Counted from the stretch's first letter, positions 1 through 9,381 are shown. The stretch: 53,212 nt of DNA from Candidatus Methylomirabilota bacterium (GCA_046726415.1 JBKPAK010000214.1:1-53212), one strand, 5' to 3'. The notes: a model not told the origin generated them from the letters alone. Numbers and translations are program-made.

Positions 1-16
1 CGTCGGAGGAACCGCT

Positions 17-466
17 ATGGCACGCTTGACGATCAACGGCAGATCTCTCGAGGTCGACGTCAATCCCGCGACACCCCTACTGTGGGCGATCCGAGAACAG
101 GTCGGCCTCACCGGCACCAAGTACGGCTGCGGCATCGCGCAGTGCGGCTCCTGCACGGTGCACCTCGACGGCGCGGCGGTCCGCTCCTGCGTGGTGCCCG
201 TCAGCGCAGCCGTGGGAAAGCAGGTCACCACCATCGAAGGCCTGGCCAGCGGCGGTGTCCTGCACAAGGTGCAAAAGGCCTGGCTCGACCATGAGGTGCC
301 GCAATGCGGCTACTGCCAGGCGGGCCTGATCATGGCGGTGGCGGCGCTCCTGAAGGACAAGCCGAAACCGACCGACGCCGAGATCGACGCGGGGATCACC
401 AACATCTGCCGGTGCGGCACCTTCCAGCAGGTGCGTGAGGCCATCCACGCTGCGGCCAGAGCATAA
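17..466 (+). CDS. (2Fe-2S)-binding small subunit of a xanthine oxidase-family molybdenum hydroxylase (IorA/CoxS-like)
   Basis: [16 protein letters not shown]...RSC and QCGYCQ...NICRCGT give two 2Fe-2S motifs; RBS GGAGGA upstream. Confidence 0.95.
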   Translation: MARLTINGRSLEVDVNPATPLLWAIREQVGLTGTKYGCGIAQCGSCTVHLDGAAVRSCVVPVSAAVGKQVTTIEGLASGGVLHKVQKAWLDHEVPQCGYCQAGLIMAVAALLKDKPKPTDAEIDAGITNICRCGTFQQVREAIHAAARA

Positions 467-478
467 GGGGTAGATGCC

Positions 479-2659
479 ATGATCACCGAGGCTTCGAAGT
501 TCAATCGCCGCTCCTTCATCATCGGCACCGCCGCGGCCGGCGGTGGGCTCGCCCTCGGTCTGAACCTTCCCTCCGGCGTCAGCGTCGTCCGCGCACAGGG
601 CGGCGCGCCCGAGGTCACCGCCTGGGTGGTGATTCGCCCGGACGACACGGTGGTGATCCGGATCGCGCGTTCCGAGATGGGGCAGGGAACGCTCACCGGC
701 CTGGCCCAGATGGTGGCCGAGGAACTCGAGTGCGACTGGACCAAGGTGACGACCGAATACCCGACGCCCGGCCAGAGCGTCGCGCGCAAGCGCGTATGGG
801 GCGATTTCTCCACGGGCGGCAGCCGCGGCATCCGCGACTCGCATCAGTACGTGCGCGAGGGCGGCGCCACCGCGCGGGTGATGCTGGTTCAGGCCGCTGC
901 CGAGGCCTGGGGCGTGCCGGCCTCCGAGTGCAGCGCGGCGAACAGCGTGATCACGCACCGTCCGTCTGGACGCACGACCACCTACGGCAAGGTGGCCGAA
1001 GCCGCCGCGAAGGTGACGCCCCCGGCAAAGGTGGCCCTCAAGGATCCGAAGGACTGGAAGCTCATCGGCAAGCCCGTGAAGCGCCTCGACACGATGGACA
1101 AGCTGACCGGCAAGCAGGTCTACGGCGCGGACCTGAAACTGCCCGGGATGCTCAATGCCGCGATCAAGGATTGTCCCGTATTCGGCGGCAAGGTGAAGAG
1201 CTTCGAGGCGGCCAAGGTCAAGGGCCTGCCCGGCGTCCGCCACGTGGTGCCGGTCGGCGATTCCGCGATCGCGGTCGTGGCTGATACGTGGTGGCAGGCC
1301 AAGACCGCGCTTGACCAGGTACCGATCGTCTGGGACGAAGGCCCGAATGCCAAGGTGTCGAGCGCGACGATCGCCGAAATGCTCAAGGCTGGCCTTGACG
1401 CCGACCAGGCCTTCGTGGCCAACCAGAACGGCGACGTGAAGGTCGCCCTCGCCGGCGCCGCGAAGAGGATCGAGGCCGTCTACGCCTATCCGTTCCAGAA
1501 CCACGCACCGATGGAGCCGATGAACGCGACGGCGCGCTACACGGCGGATCGCTGTGAGGTGTGGGTGCCGACGCAAAACGGTGAAGCCGCGTTCGCGGCC
1601 ACCCTCGCGGCGTCCGGTCTTCCGGCCGATCGGTGCGAGGTCTACAAGATCAACCTGGGCGGCGGGTTCGGGCGGCGCGGAGCCTTCCACGACTACGTCA
1701 CCCAGGCCGTCCTGATCGCCAAGCAAATACCGGGGACGCCGGTCAAGCTGTTGTGGACGCGCGAGGAGGACATGACGCACGGCCGCTATCACCCGGTCAT
1801 GCAGTGCAAGCTGGTAGGTGGGTTCGATGCCAACAACAACCTCACCGGTCTGCACATGCGCCTATCGGGGCAATCCATCCTCAGCGTCGTGCGCCCGGAA
1901 GCTCTTCAGCAGGGCCGCGACCCTCTGGTGTTCCAGGGGCTCAACCCGAGCGGCGACTTCGCCCTCGGATACAGCGTGCCGAACTTGCTGATCGACCATG
2001 CGATGCGCAACACCCACGTCCCGCCCGGGTTCTGGCGGGGTGTGAACATCAACCAGAACGCGATCTTCCTCGAGTGCTTCATCGACGAGCTCGCCCAAGC
2101 CGCCGGCCAGGACGCGCTCGAGTTCCGCCGCACGCTGATGAGCAAGCATCCCAAGCACCTCGCCGTGCTGAACGCTACGGCCGATCGAGCGGGATGGGGC
2201 AAGCCGGCGCCGCAGGGCGTGTATCGCGGGCTGGCGCAGATGATGTCGTTCGGCAGCTACGTGGCGGCGTGCGCGGAGATCTCCGTCAGCGGCGGAAACA
2301 AGATCAAGATTCACCGCATCGTCGCCGCGACCGATCCGGGGTACGCCGTCAACCCCGCCCAGATCGAACGGCAGATCGCCGGGTCGTTCGTCTACGGACT
2401 GTCCGGACTGTTCATGGAGGAGTGCACAGTCAAGGACGGCCGCATCGAGCAGACCAACTTCAACACCTACGACTCGATGCGGATCGCCCAGATGCCGAAG
2501 GTCGAATCGATCATCATGCCGTCCGGCGGCTTCTGGGGCGGGGTCGGCGAGCCGACGATCTGCGTGGCCGCGCCGGCGGTCCTGAACGCGTTCTTCGCGG
2601 CGACCGGCCAACGCATCCGCACGTTCCCGCTGAAGAACCACGGCATCACGCTGGTGTAA
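479..2659 (+). CDS. Molybdopterin-binding large subunit, IorB-like aldehyde/isoquinoline oxidoreductase family, Tat-exported
   Basis: Twin-arginine NRRSFII; SEMGQG, GGGFGRRG, GFWRGV and GGVGEP motifs; 726 aa. Confidence 0.93.
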   Translation: MITEASKFNRRSFIIGTAAAGGGLALGLNLPSGVSVVRAQGGAPEVTAWVVIRPDDTVVIRIARSEMGQGTLTGLAQMVAEELECDWTKVTTEYPTPGQSVARKRVWGDFSTGGSRGIRDSHQYVREGGATARVMLVQAAAEAWGVPASECSAANSVITHRPSGRTTTYGKVAEAAAKVTPPAKVALKDPKDWKLIGKPVKRLDTMDKLTGKQVYGADLKLPGMLNAAIKDCPVFGGKVKSFEAAKVKGLPGVRHVVPVGDSAIAVVADTWWQAKTALDQVPIVWDEGPNAKVSSATIAEMLKAGLDADQAFVANQNGDVKVALAGAAKRIEAVYAYPFQNHAPMEPMNATARYTADRCEVWVPTQNGEAAFAATLAASGLPADRCEVYKINLGGGFGRRGAFHDYVTQAVLIAKQIPGTPVKLLWTREEDMTHGRYHPVMQCKLVGGFDANNNLTGLHMRLSGQSILSVVRPEALQQGRDPLVFQGLNPSGDFALGYSVPNLLIDHAMRNTHVPPGFWRGVNINQNAIFLECFIDELAQAAGQDALEFRRTLMSKHPKHLAVLNATADRAGWGKPAPQGVYRGLAQMMSFGSYVAACAEISVSGGNKIKIHRIVAATDPGYAVNPAQIERQIAGSFVYGLSGLFMEECTVKDGRIEQTNFNTYDSMRIAQMPKVESIIMPSGGFWGGVGEPTICVAAPAVLNAFFAATGQRIRTFPLKNHGITLV

Positions 2660-2662
2660 GCC

Positions 2663-2953
2663 ATGCGCAGGGCCCTGGCCGCGGCGAGCGGGTTCGCCTC
2701 AATCGCCGCCGCCGTGGTGGCGTCGGCGGAGCCGCCGGCCGGTGCCGCGGCGTGCTCCGGTTGCCATCCGACATCGACGCAGGTGACGTCGCCCGTGGCC
2801 CGCCTCAACGGGCTCGATCGGGCCGCGATCGTCAGGGCCATGCAGGACTTCCGCTCGGGCCAGCGGGCCGCCACCGTCATGGACCGGATCGCCAAGGGGT
2901 TCACTGACGCGGAAATCCAGGCCATCGCCGTCTGGTACGCCACGCAGCGGTGA
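2663..2953 (+). CDS. Monoheme cytochrome c (flavocytochrome c cytochrome subunit-like)
   Basis: Signal peptide, CSGCH, TVMDRIAKG Met ligand region; GTGA overlap with the downstream flavoprotein gene. Confidence 0.88.
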   Translation: MRRALAAASGFASIAAAVVASAEPPAGAAACSGCHPTSTQVTSPVARLNGLDRAAIVRAMQDFRSGQRAATVMDRIAKGFTDAEIQAIAVWYATQR

Positions 2954-4224
2954 AGGTGGACCGCCGCGCATTCCTGAAGCTCGGGATTGCGGCCACCGCC
3001 TCGGCCGGGCTCATCCCCGTTTCCGCGTTCGCGCAGGGAGCCGCGCCACGCGTCGTGGTCGTCGGGGGAGGCTTTGCCGGCACGAGCTGCGCCCGCGCCC
3101 TCCGGCAGGCCGATCCGCGCATCGCCGTGACCTTGGTCGAGGCGAACGCCACCTTCACCGCCTGCCCGTTCAGCAACGCGGTGATCAGTGGCCTGCGAGA
3201 GCTGAGCGCCCAGCAGTTCACGTACGAGCGCGTCGCCGCCGACAGCATCGCCGTAGCCCGCACGACCGCGACCGCAGTGGACGCGCCGGCGCGGTCCGTT
3301 GTGCTCGCCGACGGCGCGCGCCTGCCATACGACCGGCTCGTTCTGGCGCCCGGCATCGAGATTCGCTGGGGCGCGCTGCCGGGCTACGACGAAGCGGCGG
3401 CCGCGCACATGCCACATGCCTGGCTCGCCGGCGAACAGACCGTGCTGTTGCGCCGTCAGCTCGAGGCCATGCCGGACGGTGGCCTCGTCGTGATCTCGGC
3501 GCCGGCGAATCCGTTCCGCTGCCCGCCCGGGCCCTACGAGCGCGCCAGCCTGATCGCCCACTATCTCAAGACGAAGAAGCCGCGCTCCAAGCTGATCATC
3601 CTCGACGCCAAGGACACGTTCTCCAAGCAGCGGCTGTTCCAGGCCGCGTGGGCCGAGCTGTACCCGGGTCTCCTCGAGTGGATCCCCCTATCCAAGGGCG
3701 GCAACGTCACTTCGGTGGACGCCGCGACCGGCACGCTCGTGACCGATTTCGGCCGGCACCAGGCGGCGGTGGCCAATGTCATCCCGCCGCAGAAGGCGGG
3801 CCGCATCGCGGACGCCGCGGGTGTCGCCGACCGCTCTGGCTGGTGCCCGATCGATCCGGTGACGTTCGAGTCGAAGCTGCAGGCCGGCATTCACGTCATC
3901 GGAGATGCGGCGATCGCCGGTGCCATGCCGAAGTCGGCCTTTGCCGCGAACGCGCAGGCCAAGACCTGCGCGGCGGCGGTCGCGCAGCTCCTCGCCGGCG
4001 GAACGCCACCGACCCCCAAGTTGATCAACACCTGCTACAGCCTGGTCGCGCCCGACTACGGGATCTCGATCGCCGGCGTCTACTATCCTTCGAGCGGGCA
4101 GCTCGCCGAGGTTCCCGGCTCTGGCGGCGTCAGTCCCTCGGAGGCGCCGCGCGCCACGCGCACGGCCGAGGCCGTGCTCGCCGAGGCCTGGTTCCGCACC
4201 ATCGCTGCCGAGGTGTTCGGGTGA
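2950..4224 (+). CDS. fccB: Flavocytochrome c sulfide dehydrogenase flavoprotein subunit (FccB/SoxF family)
   Basis: Tat signal DRRAFLK, VVVVGGGFAG FAD motif, CPFSN, FRCPPGPYER and NTCYS cysteines. Confidence 0.92.
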   Translation: MKVDRRAFLKLGIAATASAGLIPVSAFAQGAAPRVVVVGGGFAGTSCARALRQADPRIAVTLVEANATFTACPFSNAVISGLRELSAQQFTYERVAADSIAVARTTATAVDAPARSVVLADGARLPYDRLVLAPGIEIRWGALPGYDEAAAAHMPHAWLAGEQTVLLRRQLEAMPDGGLVVISAPANPFRCPPGPYERASLIAHYLKTKKPRSKLIILDAKDTFSKQRLFQAAWAELYPGLLEWIPLSKGGNVTSVDAATGTLVTDFGRHQAAVANVIPPQKAGRIADAAGVADRSGWCPIDPVTFESKLQAGIHVIGDAAIAGAMPKSAFAANAQAKTCAAAVAQLLAGGTPPTPKLINTCYSLVAPDYGISIAGVYYPSSGQLAEVPGSGGVSPSEAPRATRTAEAVLAEAWFRTIAAEVFG

Positions 4225-4646
4225 GCGGCCCGCGGCGATGGTCGGCCGCCATCGCCGTGCTCTGTTGCCTGGTGGGTGTGGCCGAGGCGAACGATGCGAT
4301 ACCGGAGTCGCTCACCGGCGCCAGGGGCGATCCGGCGCGCGGCCGCGCGATCGTCGTCAACCGCCAGGTCGGGCTGTGCCTGCTCTGCCACAGCGGCCCA
4401 TTCCCGGAAGAGCGCTTCCAGGGCAATCTCGCGCCCGATCTCCGGGGAGCCGGCACGCGTTGGTCCGAGGGCCAGTTGCGGCTCCGGATCGTGGATTCCA
4501 GTCGCATCAATCCGGCCACAATCATGCCGGCGTATCATCGAACCGAGGGACTGGTGCGGGTGGCGCCAGCGTGGCGCGGCAAGCCCGTCCTGAGCGCCGA
4601 GCAGATCGAAGACGTCGTGGCCTTCTTGATGACATTGAAGGGCTGA
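4221..4646 (+). CDS. soxX: Sulfur oxidation c-type cytochrome SoxX
   Basis: 3' part of ORF 3648..4646. GTG at 4221 overlaps the fccB stop. GDPARGRAIV, CLLCH, GNLAPDL and IMPAY motifs. Confidence 0.9.
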   Translation: MSGPRRWSAAIAVLCCLVGVAEANDAIPESLTGARGDPARGRAIVVNRQVGLCLLCHSGPFPEERFQGNLAPDLRGAGTRWSEGQLRLRIVDSSRINPATIMPAYHRTEGLVRVAPAWRGKPVLSAEQIEDVVAFLMTLKG

Positions 4647-5123
4647 ATGGAACGGCACACGTCACGCCGGGAATTCCTGCGGGCCGCCGGGGGGGTCGCC
4701 GCCGGCCTGGGGCTCGGGTCGGTGATCGCGGCCGTGCCCGCGCGCGCCACGCCCGCCGCGATGCAGGAGGCCATCCGCCAGGTGGTGGGCTCCGCGCGCG
4801 TCAACCCCGGCAAGGTGAAGCTCGAGTTGCCGCCGCTCATCGAGAACGGCAACGCGGTGCCGCTCGCGGTCAGCGTGGAGAGCCCGATGACCGAGGCCGA
4901 CCACGTGAGGGCCATTCACCTCTTCACGGAAAAGAACCCGCAGCCCAATGTCGTGAGTTTCCACCTCGGGCCGCGCGCCGGGCGGGCGAGGGTGGCGACC
5001 CGCATTCGGCTGGCCAACTCGCAGACGGTGGTGGCGATCTGCGAGCTGAGCGATGGCGCGTTCTGGTCCGACAGCGCCGACATCGTCGTCACCCTCGCGG
5101 CGTGTCTGGAGGACGGGATCTAG
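4647..5123 (+). CDS. SoxY-related carrier protein with AAC(I/L)E-type arm
   Basis: Tat signal SRREFL, ENGNAVP, EKNPQP, TRIRLA; C-terminus VVTLAACLEDGI rather than VTIGGCGG. Confidence 0.88.
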   Translation: MERHTSRREFLRAAGGVAAGLGLGSVIAAVPARATPAAMQEAIRQVVGSARVNPGKVKLELPPLIENGNAVPLAVSVESPMTEADHVRAIHLFTEKNPQPNVVSFHLGPRAGRARVATRIRLANSQTVVAICELSDGAFWSDSADIVVTLAACLEDGI

Positions 5124-5125
5124 CC

Positions 5126-5446
5126 GTGGCGAACGCATTGATCAACGTGCCGGCGCGGGCCAAACGCGGCGAGGTCATCGAGATCAAGACGCTGGTTTCG
5201 CATGTGATGGAGACCGGATTTCGCCGCACCCAGCTCGGCGCGCCGATTCCGCGCGACATCATCCGACAGTTCGTGTGCACCTACAACGGCACGGAAGTCT
5301 TCCGGGCCGAGCTTCACCCGGCCATCGCCGCCAATCCGTTCATCGCATTCGCGACGGTCGCCACCGAGAGCGGCACCATCGCCTTTCAATGGACCGGCGA
5401 CAACGGCTTTTCGCTGACCGAATCGGCCACAATCACCGTGGAGTGA
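5126..5446 (+). CDS. soxZ: Sulfur carrier complex protein SoxZ
   Basis: 3' part of ORF 4238..5446 from GTG 5126: IKTLVSHVMETGFRR, AIAANPF, WTGDNG; no signal peptide. Confidence 0.9.
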   Translation: MANALINVPARAKRGEVIEIKTLVSHVMETGFRRTQLGAPIPRDIIRQFVCTYNGTEVFRAELHPAIAANPFIAFATVATESGTIAFQWTGDNGFSLTESATITVE

Positions 5447-6220
5447 ATGCGGCCACTCGGTGCCGCGGTGGGGGTGATCGCATTGGCGGCGTCGGCGTTG
5501 GCCGGCGAGAGCTCGCCCTCCGACCGCCGCTCGGGCTACGACTTCATGAGTCGCGAGACGCGCGCGATGCAAGACGACGACACCGCTAACCCGGGCCTGC
5601 TGTGGGTGCTGGAGGGTGGAACGCTGTGGAACCTGAAGACCGGCGCCGATGGCCGCGCCTGTGCCGAGTGCCACGGCGATGCCAGCCAGAGCATGAAGGG
5701 CGTCGCCGCGCGCCATCCGGCGTTCGACGCCGCTCGAGGACGGCCAGTCAGTCTGGAGCAGCGCATCAACCTCTGCCGCGTCGACCGGCAGCGGGCGCCG
5801 GCGCTTGCCTACGAGAGCCGGGAGCTTCTCGCGCTCACCGCCTACGTCGCGCGGCAATCGCGAGGCCTGCCGATCGAGATCGCGATCGACCGGCGGATGC
5901 AGCCGTTCCTCGACGCCGGCCGGGCCACCTTCAATCGGCGCCAGGGCCAGCTCAATCTCGCGTGCAGTCAATGCCACGACGCCAATTGGGGCCGGCAGCT
6001 CGCGGGCAATGTCATCCCGCAGGCCCATCCGACCGGTTACCCGCTCTACCGACTGGAGTGGCAGGGCCTCGGCTCGCTCCAGCGGCGGTTGCGCAATTGC
6101 CTCGTCGGGATCCGCGCAGAACCATATGACTACGGGGCCCCGGAGCTCGTCGACCTGGAGCTCTTCCTGATGTGGCGCGCGCGCGGGATGACCCTCGAGG
6201 CACCCGCCGTGCGGCCCTGA
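5447..6220 (+). CDS. soxA: Diheme sulfur oxidation cytochrome SoxA
   Basis: CAECH and CSQCH heme motifs, RINLCR, RQGQLNLAC, YPLYRLEW, active-site RLRNC, C-terminal PAVRP. Confidence 0.93.
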   Translation: MRPLGAAVGVIALAASALAGESSPSDRRSGYDFMSRETRAMQDDDTANPGLLWVLEGGTLWNLKTGADGRACAECHGDASQSMKGVAARHPAFDAARGRPVSLEQRINLCRVDRQRAPALAYESRELLALTAYVARQSRGLPIEIAIDRRMQPFLDAGRATFNRRQGQLNLACSQCHDANWGRQLAGNVIPQAHPTGYPLYRLEWQGLGSLQRRLRNCLVGIRAEPYDYGAPELVDLELFLMWRARGMTLEAPAVRP

Positions 6221-6247
6221 GGTTAATGACGACGGGACAGCGCGGGT

Positions 6248-7357
6248 CTAGACCGGGGCGTTTGAGTGCGCGAGCAGACGGTGAGGCCCGACGCCGGCGG
6301 CGAGCGGGTGATCATGGCCCTGCACCAGCGCCGCGAGCAGCTCCCCCGCGCCGACGCCCATGCTCATGCCTGAACCGCCCAACGCCGCGAGCCAGTAGAG
6401 TCCCTCGACCCGTGAGTCCGCCCCGATGACGGGGAGTCGGTCGGGCGCGAACGTCCGCAAGCATGCCCACGCGCGTCGTAGCGCGGCCAGGCCGAGGCTC
6501 GGAGCGAGCTTCGCCAGCCGATCGGCGAGCGTCTCGAGTGCGTCCGCGTCGGTGGGCGGCAGGCTCGGCGGCCAGCGTACCTCGTCGCAGGGGCTCGCGA
6601 GGACGCCGCCGGACTCGGGGCGGAAATAGACTTCCACACCTAGCGCCCACACCGTGGGTCCCTGCTCGTCCACGGGGTCCGGGGGATCGAGCTGCGCGAG
6701 GTGGCGACGCAACGGCTGCAGTGGTAGCCCGGCGCCACACGAAGTGCCGAGCGCTTGAGCCCAAGCGCCCGGCGCGAGCACCACCGCATCGGCGCCGATG
6801 ATCCCCCCGCCCCTCAATTCGAGACCCTGCAGGCGCCCGGCGTCGACGCGGACCCGCGCAACCTCTTGGCCGAGGACGATCCGGGCGCCCGCGGCCTGCG
6901 CGCGCTCGGCGAGATGCGAGGTGATCAGGTGGATGTCGAGCACGCCGGCCTCGGGCAACAGCAGCCCGGCCTCGGCGAATCCGCCAGCCAGCACCGGGAC
7001 GCGCGCCTCCAACTCACGGCGGCCGAGCACGACGTGGGGAGCGCCAGCCGCGCGAGCCCGCGCCGCCTCCTCGCGCAGCATGGCCTCGTCGGGCGCCACG
7101 TACATGAACCCGTCGGCCCGCAGCCACCGCGCGCGGCCCAGCATGTCGTCGAGCAGCTCGCGCGAGCGCTGGGAGAGGTCACCCCACGTCCCGCCCGAGA
7201 GGCCTACATAGATGGCCGCGTTCCGGGCCGAGCTGTGGGTGGCCACCAGGGCCTCTCGCTCGAAGAGCGTCACCGCCGTCGCGCCGCCGCGCGCCAGGTG
7301 GTACGCGGTCGCGAGCCCCGCGATGCCGCCGCCAACGATCGCGATGCGAGTGCGCAT
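6248..7357 (-). CDS. FAD-dependent oxidoreductase (DAO/glycine oxidase/sarcosine oxidase beta family)
   Basis: IAIVGGGIAG, SSARNAA, APGAW, RTFAPDRLPVIG; start trimmed to the Met before the FAD motif. Confidence 0.88.
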   Translation of the reverse strand: MRTRIAIVGGGIAGLATAYHLARGGATAVTLFEREALVATHSSARNAAIYVGLSGGTWGDLSQRSRELLDDMLGRARWLRADGFMYVAPDEAMLREEAARARAAGAPHVVLGRRELEARVPVLAGGFAEAGLLLPEAGVLDIHLITSHLAERAQAAGARIVLGQEVARVRVDAGRLQGLELRGGGIIGADAVVLAPGAWAQALGTSCGAGLPLQPLRRHLAQLDPPDPVDEQGPTVWALGVEVYFRPESGGVLASPCDEVRWPPSLPPTDADALETLADRLAKLAPSLGLAALRRAWACLRTFAPDRLPVIGADSRVEGLYWLAALGGSGMSMGVGAGELLAALVQGHDHPLAAGVGPHRLLAHSNAPV

Positions 7358-7525
7358 ACTCCCTATCTTGCCAGAGAAGGCGCGGATACCATGACGGCTC
7401 ATGATCAAGGCGCTGCGCACCAGCAAGAGCGTGGACTCCCCTTGACTCATCGGCCGGAGCGGGTTCAGAGTTCAGACTCCGCCCGCAAGACATCGGGCGA
7501 CCGCCCATCCCCGAAGGGAGGATCC

Positions 7526-8569
7526 ATGATCACGCCTCGCAAGCGCGTCACGGCTCGCAGCGCCTGGCGGCCCCGCGAGTTCCCGGACCGTAACGCCTAC
7601 ACGGTCGCGCTCAATGACGCTCACCTCGCCGTTTTCGACTCGGCCCTCGCCGCGAACCGCGCGGCCGGGCGCCGCCTCGAGGACATCACCGCCGACGACT
7701 TCGCGCTCGGAGCCATCGCTAGCGACATGGCGGCCTGGCGGAACGAGGTGCTAGACGGGCGCGGGTTCGTCGTGCTGCGCGGGCTGTCGCTCGACCGCTA
7801 CTCATCTGACGATCTGGCCGAGATCTTCTGGGGCCTGGGTACCCATCTCGGACGCGCCGTGTCGCAGAGCTCTATGGGCGATCGGCTCGGGCACGTCACC
7901 GACGTGGGGGGCCAGGATCGGCGCGAGCGCGCCTATCGGAGCAGCCGCGAGCTCACCTTGCACACCGACCGCTGCGACGTCGTCGGCATGCTCTGCCTGA
8001 CCCAGGCCATGAGCGGCGGCGTCAGTGGCTACGCCAGCGCGCACACCATCTACAACGAGATTCTCGCCTCCCGGCCCGCCCTGCTCGAGCCGCTGTTCGC
8101 GGGCTTCCGCTATCATCGCCGGGGCGAGCAGCTTCCGGGTGAGCCTCCGATCACGCAGGAGCCCGTGCCGGTGCTTTCAGAGTGCGAGGGCGAGCTGAGC
8201 GTGGTATTTCTGAGGTCCTACATCGAAATGGCCGCGAAGGAACTGGGCGACCCCCTGAGCGACACGGAGCAGGAAGCGCTGGACTACTTCGAGGAAGTGG
8301 CGCGCCGGCCCGACGTCAAGCTCGAGTTCACGCTCGAGCCGGGCGAGGCGATCTTCTTCAACAACTGCACGATGCTCCACAATCGGACGGCCTTCGAGGA
8401 CCACTCCGATCCCGAGCTGAAGCGGCACCTCCTCCGACTCTGGCTCATGCTGGACGGACGCCGCCCCCTCGCCCCGGCCGTCCACGTGTACAAGGGAACG
8501 CAAGGTATTGTCGGCCGCCACGCGGGATCAACGTACTACACCGGCCTCGCGCTTCCCGACCGGTACTGA
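7526..8569 (+). CDS. TauD/TfdA family Fe(II)/2-oxoglutarate dioxygenase
   Basis: GRGFVVLRG, LHTD, FFNNCTMLHNRTAF, RHLLRLWL; RBS GGAGG before ATG 7526. Confidence 0.9.
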   Translation: MITPRKRVTARSAWRPREFPDRNAYTVALNDAHLAVFDSALAANRAAGRRLEDITADDFALGAIASDMAAWRNEVLDGRGFVVLRGLSLDRYSSDDLAEIFWGLGTHLGRAVSQSSMGDRLGHVTDVGGQDRRERAYRSSRELTLHTDRCDVVGMLCLTQAMSGGVSGYASAHTIYNEILASRPALLEPLFAGFRYHRRGEQLPGEPPITQEPVPVLSECEGELSVVFLRSYIEMAAKELGDPLSDTEQEALDYFEEVARRPDVKLEFTLEPGEAIFFNNCTMLHNRTAFEDHSDPELKRHLLRLWLMLDGRRPLAPAVHVYKGTQGIVGRHAGSTYYTGLALPDRY

Positions 8570-8624
8570 TCGGGCGCCCGCGACCGGGCTCGGGACTACT
8601 TACGCGCGAGACGCATGCTGGCCC

Positions 8625-9047
8625 TTACCCCCGAACAAGCGTGACTTCGATGCCGAGAGTCTTCGCCGATCGAGACAAGCCTTGGTCGGAGGTCGCCAGG
8701 CGGAGTCCGTCCAGGTCGGCGACAGCGAGATGGAGGGCATCGAGCGCCCGCAGTGGCAGCGTGAACCGGGCGAGCCAGCCGCGGGCGGCCTCGTAGTGCC
8801 GCCGCTGCACCGCGATGCGGGCGTAGAAGCCCGCCTCGAGATGGTTGAGAAACTGATGGCCGGTCCGTGTGGCGTCCGCCGCTGACATCTCTCTCGCGCG
8901 GACCTTTCTCGCCAGCCCAGAGAAGAACTCGACCTCGACCAGGTCGCTGAGGGTCGGACGCCGATCAGCGCGGAGCGTTTGCTCGGCGGCTTCACTCAAT
9001 GCTTCAGGGCAGTAGTAGGGCACCAGGAGGCTGGTGTCGATGTACAC
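8625..9047 (-). CDS. vapC: Type II TA toxin, VapC/PIN domain
   Basis: MYIDTS, EVEF, LRALDALHLA and ATSD acidic PIN residues; starts directly after the antitoxin stop. Confidence 0.92.
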   Translation of the reverse strand: MYIDTSLLVPYYCPEALSEAAEQTLRADRRPTLSDLVEVEFFSGLARKVRAREMSAADATRTGHQFLNHLEAGFYARIAVQRRHYEAARGWLARFTLPLRALDALHLAVADLDGLRLATSDQGLSRSAKTLGIEVTLVRG

Positions 9048-9284
9048 CTAATAGCGCCCATCCCGGCGACCTCGGACTACGGCCCGACTCACCGCCTCCC
9101 CCGTCACGTGAATCGATGCCCTGAACGAGCCCAGGGCCGGAAGCCGCCGCCCCTTTTGCTGCGGAGGAACCAGCCGGGCGACTTCCTGCCCGCGCCGGAC
9201 GACCGAGACCTCGTGACCCGCCGAAACCTCATCGAGGAGGGTCTTGAGCTTTTTGCGGGCCTCGGCAACACTCACCGTCTTCAT
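9048..9284 (-). CDS. Type II TA antitoxin, Phd/YefM family
   Basis: MKTVSVAEARKKLKTLLDEV...VVRRGQEVARLVP. Confidence 0.92.
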   Translation of the reverse strand: MKTVSVAEARKKLKTLLDEVSAGHEVSVVRRGQEVARLVPPQQKGRRLPALGSFRASIHVTGEAVSRAVVRGRRDGRY

Positions 9285-9297
9285 CGGCCAGACCTCC

Positions 9298-9316
9298 TGT
9301 ACAAGTCAACTGTACA
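9298..9316. promoter_or_regulatory. Probable antitoxin operator: two TGTACA palindromes
   Basis: TGTACA at 9298-9303 and 9311-9316, directly upstream of the antitoxin RBS (AGGAGG on the minus strand). Confidence 0.7.
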
Positions 9317-9381
9317 CGAGCGGTTTTGCTCCCACCATCAGGGGCCTTGGCCGCGCGAGCGCGGGGAAGCGTCAACCACAC

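Noticed and set aside
17-2659. Aerobic CO dehydrogenase (coxSL)
   Set aside because: No AYxCSFR or AYxGAGR motif, no coxM, and a Tat signal plus IorB-type architecture are present
2663-6220. Complete canonical Sox thiosulfate oxidation pathway
   Set aside because: No soxB or soxCD in the window, and SoxY lacks the GGCGG arm
8570-9381. TA module as part of a mobile element
   Set aside because: No transposase, integrase, terminal inverted repeats or target duplication seen
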